The notes under the pieces are model-generated. The model worked only from the letters and a program-made list of their open reading frames with translations. It had not been told where the DNA came from and made no database searches. Shown here in pieces: positions 56,476 to 64,000 of a stretch of 64,000 bases of DNA. The DNA comes from a virus. The stretch lies in IMG/VR virus record IMGVR_UViG_3300031521_000001; one strand, given 5' to 3'. Made by a program: the position numbers and the translations under genes. How positions within the stretch are numbered: the stretch's first letter is position 1; each line of letters starts with the position of its first letter.

Positions 56476-56775
56476 TTAAAGATTGTATTTTTTTGCTTTC
56501 TCTCTAATTTCATAATCATCAATTGAGTTATCTGTTGTGAAAATTCCTCCAGCATAATGATATATAAAAATGCTATTGTGTTCTTCACGATTACTATCTA
56601 AAATTAAAATATTACAAAAATTGTTATTATCATCTTTTAATCTCATACCAAGACTAGAATCATAAACTTTATATTTTTTACCTTTCGTAAACTTCCAATA
56701 AAAATTTCCATCAAATGGACTCACACATAATAGATAATTTATTTTAGATTCATATTGTTTAAATTTTGTTATCAT
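56476..56775 (-). CDS. small protein, K[FY]N[IL] family
   Basis: MITKFKQYE...KKYNL. Confidence 0.75.
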   Translation of the reverse strand: MITKFKQYESKINYLLCVSPFDGNFYWKFTKGKKYKVYDSSLGMRLKDDNNNFCNILILDSNREEHNSIFIYHYAGGIFTTDNSIDDYEIREKAKKYNL

Positions 56776-57448
56776 ATTGTATAATATTAAATTCTGATTC
56801 TATTTTTTTATTTTTTGATGAATTATTTGAACGTGTTGTTATACACAAATTTTCGATTCTTGATATCTCAACTGTCGATATGTTATTATCAAATCCATAT
56901 CTTATTGAATTTTTATGATCAATTGTCGGATATTTTTTATCATTACTATCTAATTTAAAATTTTCTAAAATATATTCAGTTGAATAATAATCATAACCAT
57001 TCCAATTACTCAGCAACTCTTTCTTATTTTTTAATGTTTCTCCGTAAACTGATAAATAATAATTGTAATAATCATCTCTATCTTCAACTTTTAACCATCT
57101 ACCATTTTTTATATTTGTCTCAAGTGTCTTATCTGTTACATCTTTTGACATTGTTGGATAAGGCACTCCCAATTTTTCTAAATTTGTAATATCATTTTTT
57201 TCAAATTCACATTTATTGCAAGTATCAAAATCAAATTTTTTACGTTGATTTAAATATTCTTGATATGTTATATTTTTAATTTCACCACATCTATCACAAA
57301 TAACATTTACTCTAAATTTACTATTTTTAGATAATTCATTAGAATTTATTTCTATAATATCACCATATTTTACATCATATCCTAATGATATAAAATGATT
57401 AGTATTTTTAGTTACAATTTTTATTTTTATTTTTTCTGTTATTAACAT
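56759..57448 (-). CDS. HNH homing endonuclease-like protein
   Basis: CDRC...CNKC; PTIDHK.S...NLCIT.RSNNSSK. Confidence 0.75.
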   Translation of the reverse strand: MLITEKIKIKIVTKNTNHFISLGYDVKYGDIIEINSNELSKNSKFRVNVICDRCGEIKNITYQEYLNQRKKFDFDTCNKCEFEKNDITNLEKLGVPYPTMSKDVTDKTLETNIKNGRWLKVEDRDDYYNYYLSVYGETLKNKKELLSNWNGYDYYSTEYILENFKLDSNDKKYPTIDHKNSIRYGFDNNISTVEISRIENLCITTRSNNSSKNKKIESEFNIIQYDNKI

Positions 57449-57462
57449 TATTATATCTATTT

Positions 57463-57804
57463 TTAAGAATTCGGTAAAACGAAATCATTAGTAACTTGAT
57501 TAGGGTTAGATGCAGGCGAATAATCTGTGCTACATGGCTGTTCCTGAGTCCAGGAAGGTCGATATGGCTCCTTTATAGAATCAGTTTTATTTATAACCAT
57601 ATTTTTATCGAATGGAATAGGCCTTTGATAAGGAAATGGATTATTAGGAACATCAAATGAAAACTGTTGATGAATTCCATCTTCTGTTACAATTTTAACT
57701 GGAACGATTTCCCTTTTATCTGTTTTAGGTACTTTATACATAATCAAAACAGTATCTCCTAAATCGAATCCACTTTGCTCAAATATTTTAAATTTTGTTA
57801 TCAT
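57463..57804 (-). CDS. hypothetical protein, MITKF N-terminal group
   Basis: MITKFKIFE. Confidence 0.7.
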   Translation of the reverse strand: MITKFKIFEQSGFDLGDTVLIMYKVPKTDKREIVPVKIVTEDGIHQQFSFDVPNNPFPYQRPIPFDKNMVINKTDSIKEPYRPSWTQEQPCSTDYSPASNPNQVTNDFVLPNS

Positions 57805-57819
57805 TAAATTTTGTTGTTT

Positions 57820-58098
57820 TTATATGTTAAATTTATTAGTTGAAATTTTAATTGATTTCTCTGGCGTAATATTTTTTTTTATAATTTTTTTAAGAACATC
57901 TTGTGCATATGAATCATATTTTGCCCTATCGTCATAATAAAATATATTCATATCTTCCACATTAATCTTTGCAATAAACTCACCATCTATATCATCAATA
58001 CTTTCAAAGGCATTCAAATAGATAATATCACCTTCTATAAAATCAATATTTATCTTTACCCAAATACTTTTTTTTTCAAAATATTTTAAATATTTCAT
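57820..58098 (-). CDS. small protein, K[FY]N[IL] family
   Basis: MKYLKYFE...NKFNI. Confidence 0.75.
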   Translation of the reverse strand: MKYLKYFEKKSIWVKINIDFIEGDIIYLNAFESIDDIDGEFIAKINVEDMNIFYYDDRAKYDSYAQDVLKKIIKKNITPEKSIKISTNKFNI

Positions 58099-58108
58099 AT
58101 TTCATATA

Positions 58109-58443
58109 TTATATATTATATTTTTTTGAATCTTTCAAAGATTTCAATTCGTCTTTATTCTCAGACCAAAATTTAAGATGATATAAATGATATTCATGAA
58201 TATATTCATAGTCAAAATAACCTAACCGTAATATTTCAGTTGGTACGTTATCAAATTTTACAACATAAACTATTTCTTTCCCTCCATGACTTCTTGGAGT
58301 CTCTATTATTTCTCCAACATTTTCATTCAAAAATTATAAATATTTATGTTATATTTTTCATATTTTTTAGATTCAATTATTACAAAATCACCTACTTTTG
58401 GCGCTACACTAATAGATTCAAACAATTTAAATTTTATTATCAT
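58109..58443 (-). pseudogene. K[FY]N[IL] family gene split by a one-base frameshift
   Basis: MIIKFKLFES...NIYNF* (from 58443) joins NENVGEII...KKYNI if one T is added to the T5 run near 58329-58333. Confidence 0.6.
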
Positions 58444-59114
58444 AAATTATATTTATCTGATTTATTTTTAATAGAATCATACATCTCTTGCTTTGTTGCT
58501 TTTTTTATTATTGCACGAAATTCCACAAAAATTGACATATCCTTTTTTATCATATCAATTTTACTATAAAAATTATCTTCACTCAACTCATTAAAAAACT
58601 CATAATTTTTACCAATTTCTGTGATGTTTTTACTTTTAAATATTTTTTCTAGCTCTTCACATTTTTCTAAACTTAATGGTATAGTATAGAACATTTTATT
58701 TTCATGTTTATCGTCACCTATTAAATATAAATATAAAACATATAAATCATCATCAATATCTATTACTTTAGGTAATTCATCTTTTGTGTAATTAAATTTT
58801 TCTTTTGGATCATATATAACATAATTATCTTCATTTAAAATTATTTTTGGAAAATTTTTTAAATTATCACTAAAGTGTTGCCTAATATAATATAAATTTT
58901 TAATTTCATCATCTTCAGATAAATCATCTATATTTATACCTTCATCCTCTAAAAAATGTAAAATTGCATCTTCATCTATATCTATAGCTTCATCATCATC
59001 ATCAGCATTTCTTATAAGTTCATCCTTAAAATATTCACACAATGTTGAATTTTTTATAATATCAATAATATTATCATTACTGATATTTTCGAATAATCTA
59101 AATTTTGTTATCAT
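58440..59114 (-). CDS. protein of K[FY]N[IL] family
   Basis: MITKFRLFE...DKYNL. Confidence 0.75.
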   Translation of the reverse strand: MITKFRLFENISNDNIIDIIKNSTLCEYFKDELIRNADDDDEAIDIDEDAILHFLEDEGINIDDLSEDDEIKNLYYIRQHFSDNLKNFPKIILNEDNYVIYDPKEKFNYTKDELPKVIDIDDDLYVLYLYLIGDDKHENKMFYTIPLSLEKCEELEKIFKSKNITEIGKNYEFFNELSEDNFYSKIDMIKKDMSIFVEFRAIIKKATKQEMYDSIKNKSDKYNL

Positions 59115-59116
59115 AA

Positions 59117-59491
59117 TTAAAAATCTGTTTTTATTGCATTTGTATTTGTGTATTCTACATTTTCAGCAGATGTTTCTGTTCCTGTTTTAATCTCAATCAT
59201 ATTACTATCAGCCCAATCATAAATATCATCCCAAACTGATGTACTTTCTTCTATTTTATCTTTATTTTTAGTCATTCTATCTATTAATTCTTGCAATTTA
59301 ACCCAAGAATTTTGAGATGTTTGTTTAATTATCAAATCTTTTTGACTATTTAAAAAATTTATATAATTTTCATTAAATTTTACTAATTCATTAGAATTTT
59401 CATATAATGAATCATTCCAAATTTTGGAAATATCTAAAATTAGATTCCAATCCTGTTCTTTTTGTTCAAATATTTTAAATTTAGTAATCAT
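59117..59491 (-). CDS. hypothetical protein, MITKF N-terminal group
   Basis: MITKFKIFE; WDDIYDWAD. Confidence 0.7.
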   Translation of the reverse strand: MITKFKIFEQKEQDWNLILDISKIWNDSLYENSNELVKFNENYINFLNSQKDLIIKQTSQNSWVKLQELIDRMTKNKDKIEESTSVWDDIYDWADSNMIEIKTGTETSAENVEYTNTNAIKTDF

Positions 59492-59571
59492 ATTACTATA
59501 TATTAAATATATATATTGAAAATAAATATAATAATCATTTTTTTATATATAGTAAAAAATAAGTATTTTTA

Positions 59572-60966
59572 ATGCCAAACATAATAAGAATAAGAAATTT
59601 AGATAAAGAAACTAATATAACTGGTGGATTAATATTTCCTGTTGATTATAGTGGTGATACACTAAATCAAGGCTACACTTCTAATATAAAAAGAATAGAT
59701 TTAGCTCAAATTAAAGATTTTGTATTATTTGATTATACTGGCTCAACAAGTGGAACTGATGGTACATCTGGTGTAGATGGTTCTTCTGGTGTACATGGTT
59801 CAAATGGTAGTTCTGGTATATCACCTTGTCATGCATATCAATCGAATACAATAATAATATCTTATTCTTCAGTATCACAAACGCCATATATAATAACCAC
59901 TATTCCAAAAATTGAAAGTCTACCAATTTCAACTACTATACCATTTAATAGTGGTATTTGTTATATCGTTTCAGGAACAACAGGTGTAACTTTTTTTGTG
60001 ACAGGATTAACAGGTTTAACTGATTATTCATATGAATGGTATTTAAACGATAAATTAGTAAATTTAGGTAATATTTATATACTATCATATCCTAATGATA
60101 ATGATAAAATTTATTTAAAACAAATAAATTGCACAAATGTTAATAATATTATGGTCGCAGAATATTGTGCTGATTGTAATTCTGGAGTAACTGGAACATT
60201 TAGATATAGGACAGATTCATATAATTCATATTTAGAAATTTGTATGAAATCTGGTGTTGGTAATTATATTTGGTATCCTATTGTCTCAAATTCATGGGCT
60301 ACCACAACGACCACTACCACATTTCTAATTGTTAATCCTCCGATACTAATAAATGCATATATTCAAAATGGAGATATTATGATAGCATATTCTGGCGTGT
60401 CTATTAACACTCCAACAATGAAGATATGGATTTCATATGATGATAATGTCACTGGGTATCTAATTGATATAGATCCACTTACTCCTATTGTAAATATAGG
60501 GCAACAAACGAATTTCTTGAGACAAATGATGTGGTTTTGGGCTAGTGTACCAAATTCTTTATCATCAAATATTATTACTTTTGATAATTCTATTCCAGTC
60601 ACAACTACAACAACCACAACCAATGCGACTACAACAACCACAACAACCACCAACACACCAACCACAACAACTACAACGACAGTTTTTTCAAGTATAATGT
60701 ATTATTGTGTAAAAAATAGTGGAGCTAATAATTATACAGATGCATATAATTTATTTGATGTAGGATCAGCAGTACCTGTATATGTTTCTAGTATGACTAA
60801 TGGTAACCAAGTTTATGATGATTCTGAATTGACGATATTAGCATTTGATATATCATACTCGAACAAATATATCGCACTTACATCATCATTGAGTGATAAT
60901 CCAACAATATGGATATTATTATTTGAAAATAGTGATATTACAACACACGGTATCTATCAATTTTAG
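59572..60966 (+). CDS. fibre/decoration-like virion protein with GTSG repeats and poly-Thr linkers
   Basis: MPNIIR.RN, GTSG.DG repeats, YC.DCNS...GTFR.R...YLEICM, long Thr tracts; paralogue of 61031. Confidence 0.6.
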   Translation: MPNIIRIRNLDKETNITGGLIFPVDYSGDTLNQGYTSNIKRIDLAQIKDFVLFDYTGSTSGTDGTSGVDGSSGVHGSNGSSGISPCHAYQSNTIIISYSSVSQTPYIITTIPKIESLPISTTIPFNSGICYIVSGTTGVTFFVTGLTGLTDYSYEWYLNDKLVNLGNIYILSYPNDNDKIYLKQINCTNVNNIMVAEYCADCNSGVTGTFRYRTDSYNSYLEICMKSGVGNYIWYPIVSNSWATTTTTTTFLIVNPPILINAYIQNGDIMIAYSGVSINTPTMKIWISYDDNVTGYLIDIDPLTPIVNIGQQTNFLRQMMWFWASVPNSLSSNIITFDNSIPVTTTTTTTNATTTTTTTTNTPTTTTTTTVFSSIMYYCVKNSGANNYTDAYNLFDVGSAVPVYVSSMTNGNQVYDDSELTILAFDISYSNKYIALTSSLSDNPTIWILLFENSDITTHGIYQF

Positions 60967-61030
60967 ATATCAATAAATAATACCGCAAAAAAATAGAATA
61001 ATAATTTGTAAAACACAAAAAAGTATACAT

Positions 61031-62086
61031 ATGCCAAACATAATAAGACCAAGAAATTTTGAAAAGGAATATAATTTAAACGGTGACATAATTTTACCTG
61101 TTGATAATTCTACATATGGAACAGTTAGTAAACAAATAAATTTATACCAAATAAAAGAATTCTCATTATCTGGTATAACAGATGTGAGTTCAAGTGGAAA
61201 AAATGGCACATCTGGTATGAATGGAATAATTGGTATAGATGGAGAAAACGGTACATCAGGATTATTACCATCGTCAGGATTAACACACGAAGTTAATATA
61301 TTAGATTATTGCGGAGATTGCAATTCAGATATAGTTGGAACTTTCAGGCATAGAATTAAACAAAATTTACCATATTTAGAAATATGTATGCAAACAGGCA
61401 GCAATGAATATTCATGGATTAATTGTATTCCTACTACAACTACAACGACAACTATACCTCCTACAACTACAACGACAACTATACCTCCTACAACTACAAC
61501 GACAACTATACCTCCTACAACTACAACGACAACAACAACATATAATCCATTAACATTAATTAGTATACAACAAAGTGGAGGTACAGCAGATTTGATGACA
61601 ATTTTTAACTCCGGAAATACAACAATAGGAACATTAGCTTATCAATATTCAATAGACAACGGAGTTACATACACAGGTTTATTGGATTACGGTAGCGGTG
61701 TTAGTCCTAGAAATATTGGTAGTCAAATAATTTTTCCAAGAACAGGATTAACATTTAAAATATATGATGTCACATCATCCAGATTATCAAATTCTGCGTT
61801 TTATGATAACAAAGAAACATTAATTCTAAACTCAATCATCAATAGTTCAGGTAGTTTAATTTTAGGATTTAATGATGGAGGACAATCTATATCAGCAATG
61901 GATATATATTATAGATTATCTTCAACAGGAGGAGCATGGATATATGTTAAAAACATATCCGGCGGATTATCTAGCCCAATTAATATAGGACTAAAAACAG
62001 AATATCCATTAACAGCAATTCAAATTATAACAATGGATTATCCAGGATATAGATACTCAAGTATGATTTCTATCATAAATGTATAA
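61031..62086 (+). CDS. fibre/decoration-like virion protein with (PPTTTTTTI)n mucin-like repeat
   Basis: Shares N-terminus and CxxC module with 59572; 27-bp tandem repeat at about 61430-61540. Confidence 0.6.
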   Translation: MPNIIRPRNFEKEYNLNGDIILPVDNSTYGTVSKQINLYQIKEFSLSGITDVSSSGKNGTSGMNGIIGIDGENGTSGLLPSSGLTHEVNILDYCGDCNSDIVGTFRHRIKQNLPYLEICMQTGSNEYSWINCIPTTTTTTTIPPTTTTTTIPPTTTTTTIPPTTTTTTTTYNPLTLISIQQSGGTADLMTIFNSGNTTIGTLAYQYSIDNGVTYTGLLDYGSGVSPRNIGSQIIFPRTGLTFKIYDVTSSRLSNSAFYDNKETLILNSIINSSGSLILGFNDGGQSISAMDIYYRLSSTGGAWIYVKNISGGLSSPINIGLKTEYPLTAIQIITMDYPGYRYSSMISIINV

Positions 62087-62198
62087 CAATTTGATTTATA
62101 AAAATATAATAAATAAAATCTATTTTATTGAATAGATTTTGTTTATTTTTATATAAACTATTTTTATTTTTATTAATATATTAAATAAAAATTAATTT

Positions 62199-62831
62199 AT
62201 GACTAATCCAAAAGTGAGTGTAATAATGGCATCATATTTATTACCATATCCAGGTTCTGCATCTAATAGGGACAAAAAATTTATTCGTGCAGTAAACAGT
62301 TTTAAAAAACAGACATATAAAAATATAGAATTGATTATAGTATCAGATGGTTGTCAAATAACTATTGATTTATATAATAAATATCTTATTAATGATAAAA
62401 ATATAAAATTAATACAAATACCAAAGCAACAACTATACTCAGGTGAAATGAGAAATATAGCATTTCAGCTTGCAGATGGAGATATAATATCATATTTAGA
62501 TTCTGATGATATATTAGGGTCAAACCATATTCAAAAAATTGTTGATCAATTCGATTTAGATAAATTTGATTGGGTATTTTATAATGATTACTTAGTTCTT
62601 GATAGTACATTTAAAAAATTACAAAAAAGAATTGTAGAACCTCGTTGGACAAGCATAGGAACAAGCTCAATAAGCCACAAGAACATAAAAGAGACAAAAA
62701 CCTTATGGCAAACAGGTTATGGACAAGATTTCGTTGCTGTTGTTAAAATGGCAAGCATTGGATTAAAATTTAAAAAATTAGAAAATACTCCAGAATACTT
62801 GGTATGTCACTATCAGAATGCAGATTATTAA
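62199..62831 (+). CDS. glycosyltransferase family 2
   Basis: KVSVIM, RAV.S...QTY.N.ELIIVSDG, RN, YLDSDD. Confidence 0.9.
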   Translation: MTNPKVSVIMASYLLPYPGSASNRDKKFIRAVNSFKKQTYKNIELIIVSDGCQITIDLYNKYLINDKNIKLIQIPKQQLYSGEMRNIAFQLADGDIISYLDSDDILGSNHIQKIVDQFDLDKFDWVFYNDYLVLDSTFKKLQKRIVEPRWTSIGTSSISHKNIKETKTLWQTGYGQDFVAVVKMASIGLKFKKLENTPEYLVCHYQNADY

Positions 62832-62867
62832 AATAAACAATTATACTAAATTATAATATATAAATTT

Positions 62868-63062
62868 ATGAAATATGAAGAATATATAAATGATCCACAT
62901 TCTTATGAATATAATAAATATATATTTGAAAATTCTAAAAATATAAAAAAACATATTACTCAATTAGAATATGAATATTATAAAAGTAAAAATAACTTAA
63001 AATATACTAGAATTGAAAAAATTAACAAATTAAAACAAATTTCAGAAAATGAGCACAAATGA
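62868..63062 (+). CDS. hypothetical protein, RxxKL-like C-terminus
   Basis: TRIEKINKL. Confidence 0.55.
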   Translation: MKYEEYINDPHSYEYNKYIFENSKNIKKHITQLEYEYYKSKNNLKYTRIEKINKLKQISENEHK

Positions 63063-63273
63063 AAATTATGAACAAACTGGTGATGATGATTTAAAAATCA
63101 CACTGAAACAATATGAAGAACTATTAGAAAAAAATGAATTAGAAATTGATAAATTAAAAGATGAAAATGAAAAATATTCTCATTTACAAGAAATAAGTGA
63201 TGACTATGAAATTGACATAAATATAGTGAGAATGATATTAACCAAAAGAATGTGGTATCAAGAAACTATATAA
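63049..63273 (+). CDS. hypothetical protein
   Basis: 74-aa ORF followed by terminator at about 63283-63317. Confidence 0.6.
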   Translation: MSTNENYEQTGDDDLKITLKQYEELLEKNELEIDKLKDENEKYSHLQEISDDYEIDINIVRMILTKRMWYQETI

Positions 63274-63370
63274 TAATATTAGAAAAAGAGTAATAATTCA
63301 ATTATTACTCTTTTTTTGTTTTTTATGAAGGTGTAATTTTTATATATAATAAAAAATTAAACCTGATTAC

Positions 63371-64000
63371 ATGGCAACACCTCTTTATAAATCAATGAAA
63401 AACAAGGGAACATCATTTTACTCTTTCCCAAGTGCTGCAAGTGATGTAAATTTAGCGAATTATAATGATTATTATAATTTAAATTTTACAAAATTTGCGT
63501 TATTAAATATACCAAAGCAAACATTATCAAGTAATAATATGAATGATGGTGTTATGGAATTTATACCAAAATCAAATGTTGGTGAATCTCCTTTTTATTG
63601 TGATGATCCTAATACAGCAAAGCCATCACTATTATCAGAGCAATTAGTTGAATCATTAAGAAATTATGTAGCAAATTATGACACTGCGTTACATGAAAGT
63701 AGAATAAATACAAATACTGATTTTTATAATATCGCAGAACGAAACACACCTACTGAAGAAATATTCTGGAAATGGTGTAGAAAATTAAATATGATAGATT
63801 TTGAACCAGCAGTACATAAAGTTGACTGGGATAAAAACCTAACTGATTTCAATAATGAAAACAGCTCAACAATAACAAATCCTGATTATTTTCGTAAATA
63901 TTTATGGAAAGAAAGGGAAATTATTGATTATCAAACAAAATGGGTAGAAGAAAGCACAGATGATTATCAAGGATCAGATGGCTATCACATTCCTAAATTT
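63371..64000 (+). CDS. 3'-truncated large (probably structural) protein
   Basis: MATPLYKSMKNKGTSFYSFPSAASD...FTKFALLNIP; frame appears open to window end. Confidence 0.7.
   Translation, partial: MATPLYKSMKNKGTSFYSFPSAASDVNLANYNDYYNLNFTKFALLNIPKQTLSSNNMNDGVMEFIPKSNVGESPFYCDDPNTAKPSLLSEQLVESLRNYVANYDTALHESRINTNTDFYNIAERNTPTEEIFWKWCRKLNMIDFEPAVHKVDWDKNLTDFNNENSSTITNPDYFRKYLWKEREIIDYQTKWVEESTDDYQGSDGYHIPKF

Noticed and set aside
60363-60665. Poly-Val membrane-like ORF
   Set aside because: Antisense of the poly-Thr tract
1-64000. Stop-codon reassignment as seen in some Bacteroidota jumbo phages
   Set aside because: Core genes are full length in code 11, coding density is high, TAG and TGA end genes normally, and no suppressor tRNA was seen

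Overview
A 64-kb, very AT-rich segment of a large T4-like (jumbo myovirus-type) phage genome read in standard code 11. Several TTTG-N19/20-TAnnTTTG promoters point to a Bacteroidota host. The window holds a head module (gp55-like late sigma, gp4-like head completion nuclease, portal, prohead protease fused to scaffold, major capsid protein) and replication/nucleotide genes (RNase H, clamp loader, dUTPase, Dam). It also has about eight homing-endonuclease-like genes, a glycosyltransferase cluster, Thr-rich fibre-like genes, a tmRNA and 17 tRNA or tRNA-like genes. Best candidate new system: a 33-codon leader peptide (3329-3430) with mutually exclusive terminator/antiterminator hairpins sits directly in front of a 15-member tRNA array. 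The leader's 14-codon core uses only Thr, Ala, Pro, Val, Gly and Arg, which are exactly the amino acids served by the array, suggesting an attenuator that senses tRNA depletion and switches on replacement tRNAs. The array is itself odd: A34 anticodons, long variable arms on Gly/Thr, and twin D-armless Arg elements. Also notable are two mutually exclusive short-motif protein families (N-terminal capsid-targeting-like motif plus C-terminal K[FY]N[IL]; and RxxKL) and degenerate RxxKL-tagged copies of the prohead protease and capsid protein. All calls were made by eye, without database searches or folding software.
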